Below are positions 35,162 to 46,238 of a DNA stretch of 64,000 bases, in pieces. The DNA is from a virus. The stretch's first letter is position 1; each line of letters starts with the position of its first letter. The notes under the pieces are model-generated. The model did not search any database and was not told the origin of the DNA. It saw only the letters and a program-made list of their open reading frames with translations. Location: the IMG/VR virus record IMGVR_UViG_3300045988_144755; one strand, 5' to 3'. Made by a program: the position numbers and the translations under genes.

Positions 35162-35611
35162 ATGCTAGATTTCTTTGGAGCCATAGGCCGCATGTTGCCG
35201 GGGTATGTGCAGGGTGAGCGGCAAGCCATTGCCGATAACTGGAACGACCTTGAGAAGTATAACAAGGTGCAGGCCGGGCAACTTGAGAATGCCTTTACTG
35301 AGGACACGTACAACCCCCGGTTCAACATCATGCTCCACAACACGGCCCGTTCCCAGATGGGGATGGAACAGGACTTGATGAACCTGAACCTGAACTACGC
35401 AAGGTATCCGGGGCTGATGGACGTGGCGCTGGTAAACAGCGAATCGGCTGGCCCGCTTGCCGCACAACAGGCCGCCATGCAGATGGCGCAATTCGCCGCA
35501 TTGCAGAATATGTACAACAGCCCGCTGTGGCAACAGGCAACGATGGGCGGCACCATCTTCAACCCGTACACGGGTGCTGCCATGAGCCAGCCTAGCATTT
35601 TGGGGAGGTAG
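35162..35611 (+). CDS. Hypothetical protein (149 aa)
   Basis: RBS-like AAGGTG. Confidence 0.5.
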   Translation: MLDFFGAIGRMLPGYVQGERQAIADNWNDLEKYNKVQAGQLENAFTEDTYNPRFNIMLHNTARSQMGMEQDLMNLNLNYARYPGLMDVALVNSESAGPLAAQQAAMQMAQFAALQNMYNSPLWQQATMGGTIFNPYTGAAMSQPSILGR

Positions 35612-35616
35612 CGGAT

Positions 35617-36648
35617 ATGCCGATGATGCGAGCAGCCCATATGGTTATGCCGGGCACCGAGAACACGGCACAGGTTTTTCCCGGAACGGCACCCGTCCTC
35701 ATGCAGCGGTCGCCCTACGCGACGCTGGCCTATGAGGTTACGCCCTACGGTGCGTCGGCGTTGACGGGGTATCCTTCCGCATATCCCCATGTGATCCGTA
35801 GAGGGCCTACCGATTTCATAGCCATGTTCGCCCCGCGTGGCGCGGCTATGGGCTATGCCGCGGCTCCGGCCCGTGACCCTCAGTGGGCGCGGGAACTGTT
35901 GAATGCGGCTGTAGGACGGCGGGGGGCGGCACCGCAACGGACGGCTCCGGTGGCGCGTGGGGCCTCCACGACGCCCCCTGCCACCACCAAACCAGCGGCG
36001 ACCCAACAGGCGAACAATGCCACGGCATCGGCACGTAAGCAGCCGCAGGTGCAGGAGCCCCCGAAGGTAGGGCCTACCCCGCCGAACCCCCCGGCAACAG
36101 GGAGCGGTGCGGCACCCGCTGTGGCTCCCGCTGCGCAGCCCGCAGCCATTATGTTGCCGCGGCTTGCCGGGGATATGACCCCGTTGCCCGGTGCGGTTCC
36201 CGTCCCGGACTTGGCAAACCCCGGCATGGGTGCGGCCCCCACGGGCGCGGCCCAACCTGTCATTGCGCCTGTAGGCGAGGGCGGCATGGTGCCGACAGCG
36301 CCGACTGAGGAGCCGGGTTTCTGGAGCAGCTTCGTCAACGGAATGAAGGACTTCGCCTCGGATATGACGCCCCCGCCCGCCGAGCTTGCCGAGCTTTCTC
36401 AGCAGGCTGCGGAGAGCATGGCGGCGCAGGATAATGCGGTCGATCAGAGTGGCCTCTCTCTTGCCGATGTCACCAATGCCGCGTTCCTGTCCGCCCTGAA
36501 CCCTGAGTTGTTGAACCTGTTCTACAACTTCGGACGCGATTTCACTACGGCTTTCCCCCGTGCAGTACAGGCGACAATGGGGGGGGATCCGCTGCAAGTT
36601 CCTCCAGTCTTGCCGGGGCCGGGTGGCATCCCGGTGCTGGTGCCGTAG
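35617..36648 (+). CDS. Pro/Ala-rich virion protein (343 aa); possible internal/ejection protein
   Basis: GGGGAGG RBS; low-complexity P/A/G-rich middle. Confidence 0.5.
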   Translation: MPMMRAAHMVMPGTENTAQVFPGTAPVLMQRSPYATLAYEVTPYGASALTGYPSAYPHVIRRGPTDFIAMFAPRGAAMGYAAAPARDPQWARELLNAAVGRRGAAPQRTAPVARGASTTPPATTKPAATQQANNATASARKQPQVQEPPKVGPTPPNPPATGSGAAPAVAPAAQPAAIMLPRLAGDMTPLPGAVPVPDLANPGMGAAPTGAAQPVIAPVGEGGMVPTAPTEEPGFWSSFVNGMKDFASDMTPPPAELAELSQQAAESMAAQDNAVDQSGLSLADVTNAAFLSALNPELLNLFYNFGRDFTTAFPRAVQATMGGDPLQVPPVLPGPGGIPVLVP

Positions 36649-36660
36649 GAGGTGCGCACT

Positions 36661-36849
36661 ATGTCGCAATCCCATGAAGAAGAACAGGCAATACTGTCTC
36701 AGATTTACGACCCGCGGTACCAGCAGACCATGTTCCTTATCGAGCAGGCGATGCGGGACGTATCGGCATTGCCCGATGTGCCCGCGTCGTATCCGAACAC
36801 ATACGATACTGACCTTCTGAGACTGATTGATTCCGTACCCTTGGAGTAA
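36661..36849 (+). CDS. Small acidic protein (62 aa)
   Basis: AGGAGG RBS. Confidence 0.4.
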   Translation: MSQSHEEEQAILSQIYDPRYQQTMFLIEQAMRDVSALPDVPASYPNTYDTDLLRLIDSVPLE

Positions 36850-36851
36850 TT

Positions 36852-39782
36852 ATGGCATCGTCTACATCCAACGTCACTCCCATAAGCTCTCAGGTTAAGC
36901 CCTTTGAGATGCCGGATTACAACTCTGCCCTCAAGCAAGCCATGTCCACGGCGAACATGATGGCGCTGATGTACCGGAGAATGTACGGCGGCGGGGGGCG
37001 TGGGAAAGGCGCATGGCATTATGAGATTGACCCTACGGCACCGAATGGGTTCCGCAGGGTCTGGGTCGAGGGTGGCACTGATAAGGAACGGAAGGCGTAC
37101 CTTGAAGCGATGCGCCGTGGTGCCGCAGTCAAGGCCCTGCAAGACCCGGAAGTTGCCAAGCTGCGGGCGGGCATGGAGAATATGTCCGTCCACAAACAGA
37201 AGCAGATTCTGGACGACATCCGGCGCAACCATGTCGAGCGGTTGTCAAAGCAGTACCAAGTCCCTGCCAACGACATCCTGCAAGAACTCGGCACAGCGGA
37301 CGCCCAACTCGATAGCCAGCTTAAAAAAATCAATGCTGACTCCGGGTTCTGGAATACGTTGTGGGATGCCGCTTCGCGGGAATCAACGAAAATAGCCGAT
37401 GCTATTACTGGCGTGGGCGAGGATGCCCGTGCCGAATTTGAGCGCGGCAAGCTGCGCTTGGAGAAATACCAGCAGGCTACGGAAGAGAACGCCTACCTGC
37501 GGGAACAGCAGCTTCGTGAACAGGAGGGGGAAGGATTCCTCTCCCGCCAGACCGGGCCGGGCAGCAGCTTCCTCGGCATGATGGGCAGCTTAATCGGCGA
37601 GCAGGCTGCGGACACGGGCGCACCGCTTGCCGGGATGGGAGCTGGTGCCGCCGCTGGTACAGCTACCGCAGGGCCTGTCGGGGCTGCCGTAGGCGGCCTC
37701 ATTGGTGCGGGCGCAGCGGGCTCACAGATTGAGAAGATCAACTTCATCGACCGTGTGGTTGCCGACCCCAACCTGACGGACGAACAGAAGATTGCCGCTA
37801 TTGAAGCGGGCTCAGGTTCCGCGCAGCTTATGGGCGGCGCACTGAATGCCCTCCCACTGAACCTCGCCCGCGTAGCGGCACCCGTGCGCAATGCTGTAGC
37901 CCGTGCGGGCATCGGCAGATTGGGGCGTGAATTTACTGAGGTAGGCGGCGGTGCCCTCGGTGAGCAAGTCTTGCGGAATGCCGCCGCCCGCCGTGCAGAG
38001 AACATTGCCAACGAGAGCTGGCTCCGTACCTACGCCACCCGCGCCGTTCCGCAGGCGGCAGTGGAGACGGGGCTTGCGAATGTTGGTACGGTGGTTGGAC
38101 AGAATGCGATCTTCAACGAGGCTACCGGACAGGACACCCCGTTGTCTGAAGGCGTCGGGGAATCTGTCGTCGCCTCGGTTCTGGGCGCTCCTTTCTTTGG
38201 GGCGTTCAATGTCCGCAGCTATCCACGCCGTAACAATTCCGGCAACACCACGGGGACGCGGCAGACGGGGACTGATGCCAGTGCTGCCGGAACCGCTGCG
38301 CCGAACCCCGGCTCTGTACCTCCGGGAGACGGGGGCGCAGCGTCAGCGGTATTTAACCAGAGCACGTATGACCGCTCGTTCCGTTCCGGGTTGAAGGAGT
38401 ATTTCCGCAAGAACCGTAACTTCAATCCCGATGATGTGCAGAAAGCCTACACCGCCAACGGCATGTCCGTTGACCAGTACAGGGCGTTCGTGGATACGCT
38501 GGAAGCCGAGGGCTTCAGCAAGAAGGTTGTCGACCGCCTGCGGGAATCGTTTGTCGAATCTCCGATTACGAACAGGGAACGTGCCCTCTACGACTTCACG
38601 TCAAAGATCACGGCGGAGACGACCCCTGCTGAAGTGGATGCCGCATTGCAGGCATACTTCCAAGCGGGCGGCACCCCTGAGATGGTGGAGCGGTTCCTGA
38701 AGGACGGCAGCCTTACGCCCAAGCGCCGGGACAAGAACACGTCTCTGGTGGATGTCAATGCGAAACGCTTGAAGAATTTCCAGCGTGCCCACATAAACGA
38801 AGGGTTACTCCGCAACAAGGAAAATGGAGCGACAGTCAATGGCGAAGCAAGCGGAAACGCAGGAAGCGGCGCGGAGCAGGCGGCTTCCTTCATGGGAAGC
38901 GATGGACAGGCAAGAACGGGAAGCCCTGATGCAGCAAATACTGCAAGCAATAGCAGAGTGGCGACCGATACCGGAACGCCTGATGCAGCCCCTGCCGACA
39001 GCCTTGCTCAAGAAGCTGCTCGACGCGGTGAACCAGTTGAAGGCGGAAGGACTGGCGGGGCCGCACAACCGGGCGAACGACAGAATCAAACGGCTGAAGT
39101 CCTTGTTGAACCAGCGGGGACTGGGCGGGGAACGGGAGCCGACAGCGGACGAAGTGGTGAACCAGCAGCCGCCGGAAGTGCGCAACCAGATACTGGCGCA
39201 GGAATCCGCACTGGTGAAGGAATCGGAAGTGCGGGCGTTGCAGGAAATGCAGAAGGCGCTGGCGCGCAGCAACAACCCGCTGGTCGGCGTATAGACCTGC
39301 CTGATGGCGCGACTACGGATGTGCGGCCCGCTGAGGTTCGCCCGTCCAGCAGCAACACGCCCATCGACATGACGAACGCCACGTTCGACGTGGTGCCGAA
39401 GGAAGTCCGGGAGCGTGCGAATGTAGCGCCCGTCACGACCAGCAGCAAGATTGACGCGCTTCCCGATGAGTTCTGGAAGAAGAACTACAATGCCAGAATC
39501 AAACCGGAGAATGCGCGGAACAAGGCGTGGGAGCTGCTTATCAGCGACCGCCTGAACCAGTTGATGCCGGATGCCGCGAAGAAATTCAGCAAGGCTGAAA
39601 CGAAGCTGCTGAACGCACTCCATGATTCGGGCATCGCCACGCCGGAACTCCCGGATTCCATCTGGGATACCATCTATGAAGCGCAGTCCATGACGCCGGA
39701 TGTGTCGCCCATTGATATTGTTAAGGCCGAACTGAACTCCTATGAGTCCGGTTACAAGGTAGCCGAGAACCCTGCCTGCTGA
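36852..39782 (+). CDS. Large internal virion/ejection-type protein (976 aa)
   Basis: Gly/Ala-rich central region; size and position analogous to T7 gp15-type internal proteins. Inference only. Confidence 0.55.
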   Translation: MASSTSNVTPISSQVKPFEMPDYNSALKQAMSTANMMALMYRRMYGGGGRGKGAWHYEIDPTAPNGFRRVWVEGGTDKERKAYLEAMRRGAAVKALQDPEVAKLRAGMENMSVHKQKQILDDIRRNHVERLSKQYQVPANDILQELGTADAQLDSQLKKINADSGFWNTLWDAASRESTKIADAITGVGEDARAEFERGKLRLEKYQQATEENAYLREQQLREQEGEGFLSRQTGPGSSFLGMMGSLIGEQAADTGAPLAGMGAGAAAGTATAGPVGAAVGGLIGAGAAGSQIEKINFIDRVVADPNLTDEQKIAAIEAGSGSAQLMGGALNALPLNLARVAAPVRNAVARAGIGRLGREFTEVGGGALGEQVLRNAAARRAENIANESWLRTYATRAVPQAAVETGLANVGTVVGQNAIFNEATGQDTPLSEGVGESVVASVLGAPFFGAFNVRSYPRRNNSGNTTGTRQTGTDASAAGTAAPNPGSVPPGDGGAASAVFNQSTYDRSFRSGLKEYFRKNRNFNPDDVQKAYTANGMSVDQYRAFVDTLEAEGFSKKVVDRLRESFVESPITNRERALYDFTSKITAETTPAEVDAALQAYFQAGGTPEMVERFLKDGSLTPKRRDKNTSLVDVNAKRLKNFQRAHINEGLLRNKENGATVNGEASGNAGSGAEQAASFMGSDGQARTGSPDAANTASNSRVATDTGTPDAAPADSLAQEAARRGEPVEGGRTGGAAQPGERQNQTAEVLVEPAGTGRGTGADSGRSGEPAAAGSAQPDTGAGIRTGEGIGSAGVAGNAEGAGAQQQPAGRRIDLPDGATTDVRPAEVRPSSSNTPIDMTNATFDVVPKEVRERANVAPVTTSSKIDALPDEFWKKNYNARIKPENARNKAWELLISDRLNQLMPDAAKKFSKAETKLLNALHDSGIATPELPDSIWDTIYEAQSMTPDVSPIDIVKAELNSYESGYKVAENPAC

Positions 39783-39789
39783 GGAAGTT

Positions 39790-42700
39790 ATGTTTTGTCC
39801 TGATGATGCAGAAATCTTCGCGTCCACCAGACGCCCGCATGGAAACGGTGGGGCCTTTGGCACCATGCGGCACACCGTTGACCCTGCACAGACACGCGCT
39901 CTGACGTTGGAACAGATTGCTAGAGATGCCTATGAGCACGCCACCTACATGAGCGACCTTGGCGGAAGCATCAGCAGTTCCTACACGACGACGATAAGCC
40001 CCACGACTGCACGCGACCGCAGGGAAGTGCGCGGGCTGGCCCGTGATGTCGTCAAACTCATGGACACGGCGCGGGATGCGCAGGCTGAACGGATGCAGAA
40101 GTGGCAGGAGAACCTTCGTGCCGTCAGTCAGACATCCGTCAACGAGGTAAGCAAGTGGGCGAACTTCGTAACGGCAACAACCCGCAAGCTGGTCAACGCC
40201 CGCGCCGACATCAACCTGTGGGCGCAGGCGTACCTTGGCGAGAACGACAGGGCGAACGTGAACAACAGCACCCGCATGGCCTTTGAGCTCATGGAACCGA
40301 AGATTCAGGGGACGCTGCAAAAGTTCACCAAGGCAATTGAGGAAGTCAACGAACAGCTCAAGCCCATTGCGCAACGCACCGGGTACACTGTCGATGAGGT
40401 CGCCACCATCTTCGGAGACTACGCCAACTGCCAGATGATGCCGGAAATCAACCAGCTCCTTCTGGATCGCTGGCAGGGAGAGATTGCGGCGGAACGGCTG
40501 CGGAACAGGGGGGACGAATCCAAAGTCCGTATTGCACAATTGCAACACAAGATCGAGAACCTCTCCGCCAACCTGAACAACCCCAACCCGAAACGGGATT
40601 TGATCTCCGGCGGGTATACCAATGCCGAAGCGCAGCAGTTGCAGCAGCGCATTCTGGACATGGGGTTCACGAAGGAAGAGATTGAAGCATGGACTGCGGA
40701 CTTTCGGGAGCACGGGTATCGCGGGATTCTTGAGGCGCGTGTGCAGGCCGGGCTGGTATCGCCCGAAGTCCTGCGGTCGTTCCCGGACTTCCAGTACCAC
40801 CTCCCGGTCAAAACCAAGTTCGACAACATCACGGGTGCCGTCAACGACGCGGCGCTGTACAGCCCCGGAACCTACGGTGAAATCAAAGGGCGCATCAACA
40901 AACCCGACAGTGCTTACTTCACTGTGCTGAACTACGCCCGCCGTGCAGCCAACGAGATCGGGATGCAGGACTTCACCCTGCGCATGGCAGCCGCAGCAAA
41001 GGATGCGGAAGTATCCGGGAAGAACAACGGGCTGTTGATGTTCAACGTGGCTCAGTTGAAGCAGTGGAAGATGAATGGGGAACCGCAAATCCGCCGATGG
41101 GCGGAGAACTTGGAAGAACGCGGGTGCCTCATTGCCGACATCCCTAGCCAGTTCGACCCACAGACCGGGGAACCCATCAGCTCCACCAAGATGCTGATTA
41201 CGTTCGACCCGAACTGGAAAGACCCCAAGACGGGCCTTACGGGTATGCAGTTGAACGACGCCCTTGTTGCGGCACCAAAGCACGCCACCTCGTTCGGCAA
41301 AGGCGTCGCCCGCTGGACAAGCCGCACCGGGCAGTTGTTCACCCGGTTCCGTCCTACCTTTGCTTTCATCAACTGCGGGCGCGACCTCATGATGCGGTCA
41401 ACGGGGATGCTGGCCCGTGACTACTACCGCCCTGACGGAACAATGATTGCCGGGTCGTCACTCGTATCGAACTATCTCACGAACACGCCCCGCGCCGCCC
41501 GTATGCTTATGGATACGCTGGTGCGGGATACTGCCGCACCGGACTCCGATGCCCGGCGGCTGTGGAATGAATACGTGAGCGCGGGGTTGCACCAGCAGTA
41601 CACCCGTGGGCAGAATGAAATCCGGCGCACTCTTGCGGATGTCATTGAGGCACGGGACAATCCCACGGGGTTTGTTCGTAAGTACCTGACAAATCCGAAA
41701 GACCCCAAGGGGAAGAAGTTTGCCGAGATGCTGAACGGGCTCGGCAACCGCAAAGATCAAGCCCTTGCCGTACTGGATGGCTGGAACGATTACTTCAACA
41801 ATATCGCCAGCTTCAACCAGTTCGCCACCCTGCGCGACGCCGGGTTGAGCGTAGACAGCGCGGCGCACGCTACGCTTGAGATGATGAACCTCTACCAGCG
41901 CGGGACGGCAACGCCCGCTCTGCAATGCCTCTACCCGTTCATCATCCCGACAATGCAGGGTGCCGCAAACATCATGCGGACGATGGGCTTTGTGCCGGAT
42001 CAGCGCGGCGTGTACCGCGCCACCCGCAAGGGGATGCTCACTGTGGCTGGCCTTGCCGGGGCCTACTCCATGTTGCTCCCCATCATGAAGGATTCGATGG
42101 GCACTGATGAGAACGGCAACAGCTACTTCGACGCAATGAGTTTGTCAGAGCTTCAGCGCGGCATTCCCATTGGCCTTGGCGACGGGGACTACATCAAACT
42201 GCCGCTCGACTACGGCATCCCCCAAATTGTCGCCACGATGATGGTTGGTGCCGACAGGGTGGAGCGCGGGCTGATGGCTCCTGCCGACTACGGGTTCGAG
42301 ATGGTCTACACCCTTGTCAAGAATATGTCGCCCGGCAACTGGCCTGAGTTCTCCATGACCGAGAATCCGATGGCTTTCTTCACGCAGGCGTTCATGCCGC
42401 AGTTGTTGAGCCCCTTTGCCGAATCCGTCACCAACACGGGTTGGGCGGGGCAGAAGCTGACGTGGGCGGAACGTGGCGGCACCAAGGCGATGGCAGACCA
42501 AGGCTCTTCGTCTACGCCCAAGTTCTACCATGATGCGGCAAAGTACCTGTACCGCAACATGCACGGGCCAGACCTTGCCCCCGAACAGATTCAGTCCATC
42601 ATCGAGGGCTTCGCCACGGGGCCATTCCGGTTCATCAAAGGCTGGCTGGAGGGCGACACCCCGCGCAAGCATGGAGCACAGCCGCCCGCATCCGAGCGGA

Positions 42701-43119
42701 TGGGCGAGTTCCTCTCCACCCTTGGCGGGACAATGCTGTTCGGCACCGTCAACAACGCAAGCCAGCGGCTGTTCTACCGTGCCCTTGACGCATACCAAGC
42801 GGAGCTGCGCCGGGCCGGGGTGAAAATGACGGACACCAGCTACAAGAACGACCCGGACAAACGGATGGATTACCAGCGGGCGCAGCTTGAATCCATCGGA
42901 TGGGATGAGGACAAGATTCAGGACTGGTTCGTTCTCGATGCGGCACTGCGCGCCAGAAAGCGTGCGGACTCCGAGATGGGCAAGAGGACGAAAGCCATCT
43001 GGCTGAACTCCGATGATTCGGAAGAACTGCGTTCTGCATTCGATGAGCTTGCAAATCAAACGAGTTCCATTTACGATGAAGCCGTTGCGAATCTTAACTT
43101 CTACGCGGGTGCAAGATGA
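39790..43119 (+). CDS. Large internal virion/ejection-type protein (1109 aa)
   Basis: Second consecutive very large structural-module ORF (T7 gp16-like position); GAGGAAG RBS. Confidence 0.55.
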   Translation: MFCPDDAEIFASTRRPHGNGGAFGTMRHTVDPAQTRALTLEQIARDAYEHATYMSDLGGSISSSYTTTISPTTARDRREVRGLARDVVKLMDTARDAQAERMQKWQENLRAVSQTSVNEVSKWANFVTATTRKLVNARADINLWAQAYLGENDRANVNNSTRMAFELMEPKIQGTLQKFTKAIEEVNEQLKPIAQRTGYTVDEVATIFGDYANCQMMPEINQLLLDRWQGEIAAERLRNRGDESKVRIAQLQHKIENLSANLNNPNPKRDLISGGYTNAEAQQLQQRILDMGFTKEEIEAWTADFREHGYRGILEARVQAGLVSPEVLRSFPDFQYHLPVKTKFDNITGAVNDAALYSPGTYGEIKGRINKPDSAYFTVLNYARRAANEIGMQDFTLRMAAAAKDAEVSGKNNGLLMFNVAQLKQWKMNGEPQIRRWAENLEERGCLIADIPSQFDPQTGEPISSTKMLITFDPNWKDPKTGLTGMQLNDALVAAPKHATSFGKGVARWTSRTGQLFTRFRPTFAFINCGRDLMMRSTGMLARDYYRPDGTMIAGSSLVSNYLTNTPRAARMLMDTLVRDTAAPDSDARRLWNEYVSAGLHQQYTRGQNEIRRTLADVIEARDNPTGFVRKYLTNPKDPKGKKFAEMLNGLGNRKDQALAVLDGWNDYFNNIASFNQFATLRDAGLSVDSAAHATLEMMNLYQRGTATPALQCLYPFIIPTMQGAANIMRTMGFVPDQRGVYRATRKGMLTVAGLAGAYSMLLPIMKDSMGTDENGNSYFDAMSLSELQRGIPIGLGDGDYIKLPLDYGIPQIVATMMVGADRVERGLMAPADYGFEMVYTLVKNMSPGNWPEFSMTENPMAFFTQAFMPQLLSPFAESVTNTGWAGQKLTWAERGGTKAMADQGSSSTPKFYHDAAKYLYRNMHGPDLAPEQIQSIIEGFATGPFRFIKGWLEGDTPRKHGAQPPASERMGEFLSTLGGTMLFGTVNNASQRLFYRALDAYQAELRRAGVKMTDTSYKNDPDKRMDYQRAQLESIGWDEDKIQDWFVLDAALRARKRADSEMGKRTKAIWLNSDDSEELRSAFDELANQTSSIYDEAVANLNFYAGAR

Positions 43120-43757
43120 TCCTTCGGCTTACCCAAGACATGACCCGTCTGGCCCTTCGGATAAGGGACTCGTGGGAGGGGCGGCAGCTTACGGACTGGC
43201 AGCGTCTGCAACTGCTCATCCTCCCCGGACAGCGGGACATGATGGATCAATGCGGGCCTAACGGGTCTCCTTGGATTCTTACCGGGTGCTGGCCCGGCAA
43301 GCGTACTAACGTGGATGTCGCCAACTGGAGGCCGGATTTCCCGGCCCTCATCTGCCCCGCCTTCACGCTGGACGCTGACGGTGCGGTTGTCTTCCGCATA
43401 GACGATAGGATTCACAGCTTACCGCCCGGTCGATACACGGGAGTCATTCGTGTAACGCCTAGGCAGGTGCCTCCTTACGACCCGCACGATTTGTGCGGGT
43501 CATCCTGCAAACCCTTGCCGCCCGGCCCGGTGCTCAAGCCATTCCCCATCAAGCCGGATGGGAAAGTTATCCCCCCCGAATATCTTGTCGGGGCGCAGGA
43601 CTGCAACGTAGACTTCTCCACACCGCCACCGCCGCCCGCGCCGCCGCCATACTGCATACTGGCAGAGTTTGACATTGACCTTGGGCCAATGTGCGTTGAC
43701 CATTTTATTGATCAGGCTTCGGTAGATTTCTCACTGGCTTCATGCGGAGATGAATGA
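43116..43757 (+). CDS. Hypothetical tail-associated protein (213 aa)
   Basis: ATGA overlap with the upstream gene; Pro-rich. Confidence 0.5.
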   Translation: MILRLTQDMTRLALRIRDSWEGRQLTDWQRLQLLILPGQRDMMDQCGPNGSPWILTGCWPGKRTNVDVANWRPDFPALICPAFTLDADGAVVFRIDDRIHSLPPGRYTGVIRVTPRQVPPYDPHDLCGSSCKPLPPGPVLKPFPIKPDGKVIPPEYLVGAQDCNVDFSTPPPPPAPPPYCILAEFDIDLGPMCVDHFIDQASVDFSLASCGDE

Positions 43758-44536
43758 TGGCAAAACATTTCGATTGTAGAACCCCCGGTGCCGTGCCGCC
43801 GGAAGGCGTGATGTATATCCCCGTCCCGGTCGATGCCGTGGACGGGCAGTTGCTTATCTATGACAGCTCATCCCCCTGCCTTGTGCGGTGGGGTTGCGTC
43901 GCCAAGGGCGAGAAGGGCGACACTGGCCCGATGGGGCCGCAAGGCCCACAGGGTAAGCAGGGCTTGCAGGGCAAGCAGGGGAACCAAGGCGTGCCCGGCC
44001 CGGCGGGGCCGCAAGGCCCGCAGGGTAAACAGGGTGAGCAGGGTGTGCCCGGTGCGCAAGGGCCTCGTGGCAACACTGGTGCCCGCGGCGAGAAGGGCGA
44101 CAAGGGGGACAAAGGTGACACTGGCCCGCAAGGTATTCGCGGTTTACAGGGCATCCGAGGCGAGAAGGGGGATCAGGGAGAGAAGGGCGAGACGGGCGCG
44201 ACTGGCCCGATGGGGCCTCGTGGCGAGCGTGGGTTTAAGGGAGAGACGGGCGAGCGCGGCCCGAAAGGTGAGAAGGGAGACAAGGGAGATCGCGGCGAGC
44301 CGGGGCCTGAAGGCCCGATGGGGCCGCGTGGAAGGGATGGAGCTCCCGGATTGCAAGGCCCGCAAGGGCCTGTAGGCCCGGCGGGGCCGTCCGTCCACAG
44401 CAAGTTGAGCAACCTCGACTATGAATCCAGCGGGCATACCGGGTTCGCCTCGGCACAGATGGTCGATGAACTCTGGAACTACATCACCCTGCTGGAGAAC
44501 CGCATCAATGATCTGGAACGGCGGCTGGCAGTATGA
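43754..44536 (+). CDS. Collagen-like repeat tail fibre protein (260 aa)
   Basis: ~50 consecutive G-X-Y triplets ([19 protein letters not shown]...). Confidence 0.7.
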   Translation: MMAKHFDCRTPGAVPPEGVMYIPVPVDAVDGQLLIYDSSSPCLVRWGCVAKGEKGDTGPMGPQGPQGKQGLQGKQGNQGVPGPAGPQGPQGKQGEQGVPGAQGPRGNTGARGEKGDKGDKGDTGPQGIRGLQGIRGEKGDQGEKGETGATGPMGPRGERGFKGETGERGPKGEKGDKGDRGEPGPEGPMGPRGRDGAPGLQGPQGPVGPAGPSVHSKLSNLDYESSGHTGFASAQMVDELWNYITLLENRINDLERRLAV

Positions 44537-45141
44537 TGCAGATTGAATACTTCGCCACCTATCTGACCGACAGGCTTGAGCCTGAAGGTACGGACTTGCC
44601 GATCTGCAACTCAGCGGTTGCCGATCTGCTGGCACTTATGCCGGATGAGGACGACTATATTTACCTTGCGCTCAAGGGGGATTCGCACTATGAAGTTGTG
44701 CGGGCGTACAACGCTGGCGGTACTATCCTCATTGAGCGGGCACAGGAAGGGACGACTGCCGTACTGCATCACTACGGCACATGCGTTTCCGCAATCTCTC
44801 CTCTGGTTGCGGCTGTAGTGAAAGACTTGATCTGCAACTATACCTGCTGTGAGGAAGAGTGCCCGTGCGACCCCGTCGCATTCGGCGGCGCATCGTTGCC
44901 CGACTTGCAGGAGGGTGTCGCATGGGAAGGTGCCGTGGTATTCTCCGGCGACCTGCCCATGACCATCGGCATCAGCAATGCGCCCGGCTGGATGGAGGCC
45001 ACGACCTCGAACAACATCATCAAGCTGTCCGGTACGCCGACATCCAGTGAGGACGTACACTTCAGCGTAGCGGCAACCAACTGCAACGGAACGCACATCG
45101 TTACGGAATCGCTTACCATCAATGCCAAGCAACTCCCTTAG
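44533..45141 (+). CDS. Fibre C-terminal / assembly-type protein (202 aa)
   Basis: Overlapping start; last gene of the rightward arm. Confidence 0.5.
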   Translation: MMQIEYFATYLTDRLEPEGTDLPICNSAVADLLALMPDEDDYIYLALKGDSHYEVVRAYNAGGTILIERAQEGTTAVLHHYGTCVSAISPLVAAVVKDLICNYTCCEEECPCDPVAFGGASLPDLQEGVAWEGAVVFSGDLPMTIGISNAPGWMEATTSNNIIKLSGTPTSSEDVHFSVAATNCNGTHIVTESLTINAKQLP

Positions 45142-45192
45142 CATTGTGTAACATATTCTTATCATGCAGGGCCAAACCCTCATGACAAGAAA

Positions 45193-45235
45193 ACCCCCGT
45201 GTAGACTTCGCTCCAGCTACACGGGGGTCTTTTTG
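45193..45235 (+). terminator. Rho-independent terminator ending the rightward arm
   Basis: acccccgtgtag...ctacacgggggt followed by ctttttg. Confidence 0.65.
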
Positions 45236-45289
45236 CCCGCATGGGTGAATCACCAACTTGGGTGATTTAATTAAGTTTTTTAAATTTGC

Positions 45290-45470
45290 GGTAAATTACC
45301 GTAGCTGATTTTATTGACAATTTTTAAACCCGGCGTTTCACCGGGTTTAAATAATCTTGCAGGGTTACACTATAAACACACCCCGTTTACTTCAATCAGG
45401 TTATCGGGTGATTTTATTGATAATTTAACTGAGCGCAAAATTGCGCTCAGTTAAATTACTTCGACACCAA
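45290..45470. promoter_or_regulatory. Convergent inter-arm region with two perfect palindromic hairpins and repeated GATTTTATTGA(C/T)AATTT motifs
   Basis: aaacccggcgtttcaccgggttt and ttaactgagcgcaaaattgcgctcagttaa hairpins; motif ×2 containing TTGACA/TTGATA; also gggtgatttaatt / gggtgattttatt. Confidence 0.4.
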
Positions 45471-45598
45471 TTAGTTTTACACCTGATCCGTATACTGTAC
45501 GGGGTAGGTTAAAAGTTCATCTTCATCCAGCATTAGCTCTGACCCTTGGATTACCGTCAAGATTGCTGAGGATAATCTTTTCGTCTTCGCCTAGTACC

Positions 45599-45940
45599 CT
45601 ATCTCCACACCAGCTCAGGCCCTGCATCCGATGCTTTCTGCCCATGCAGTTTGCACCTCAGCTCTTCCACTTCCTGCTGGCACTTGTACTGGCTCGCCCG
45701 AAGGGTCATGTTCTCCGTAGACAGGAACGATATGCGGTCATTCAATACCCGTATCCGTTCGTCACGCTCCTCAAGCTCGCCACTGAGTTTGGCCCGCAGA
45801 GCTTCACACTCCTCCCGTGCCGCTATCAGACGCTGTTGCAGGACTACTGCGGTGTGCTTGTAATCCGATAAGTCTTTCTGCAAACGCATGACATAGCCAG
45901 CCAAGTCATATGTGTCGTCACTCGTCTTCTTCTGCATCAT
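45599..45940 (-). CDS. Coiled-coil hypothetical protein (113 aa)
   Basis: Last gene of the leftward arm; heptad-like charged repeats. Confidence 0.45.
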   Translation of the reverse strand: MMQKKTSDDTYDLAGYVMRLQKDLSDYKHTAVVLQQRLIAAREECEALRAKLSGELEERDERIRVLNDRISFLSTENMTLRASQYKCQQEVEELRCKLHGQKASDAGPELVWR

Positions 45941-46238
45941 CTGCTCTCAGGATGTAGATGTGGTTGAAGCCGAATATCTTCAGCGAAAAGGCAAGGCCCT
46001 TGTTGCCCTCTTCATCAATAGCCGCATGTATTACCGACAACGTGATGCGCGACAGGGCGAAGAATACGCCCGCGACAAACACAGCCATGACGATAAAGAC
46101 AATGGTCATGGCGCAGTACACGTTAAAAAGCGTCAGGTTTTCCGGCGCTACAACGGTAAGGAGATTAAACAACAGCATGAGGCTCCCCATGAGGAGCAGA
46201 AAGAAACTGATGGTGTGCATTGTCTTACTGTTCATCTT
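45918..46238 (-). CDS. Small 2-TM membrane protein (107 aa)
   Basis: Internal Met (MNSKTMHTISFFLLL) of ORF 45918..46370 preceded by GGAGGG; upstream part of that ORF is out-of-frame overlap with the next gene. Confidence 0.45.
   Translation of the reverse strand, partial: KMNSKTMHTISFFLLLMGSLMLLFNLLTVVAPENLTLFNVYCAMTIVFIVMAVFVAGVFFALSRITLSVIHAAIDEEGNKGLAFSLKIFGFNHIYILRADDAEEDE

Noticed and set aside
35395-36675. 426-aa minus-strand ORF
   Set aside because: Antisense to the Pro/Ala-rich virion protein; Arg/Gly-rich junk.
39721-41283. 520-aa minus-strand ORF
   Set aside because: Antisense to the 1109-aa internal virion protein.
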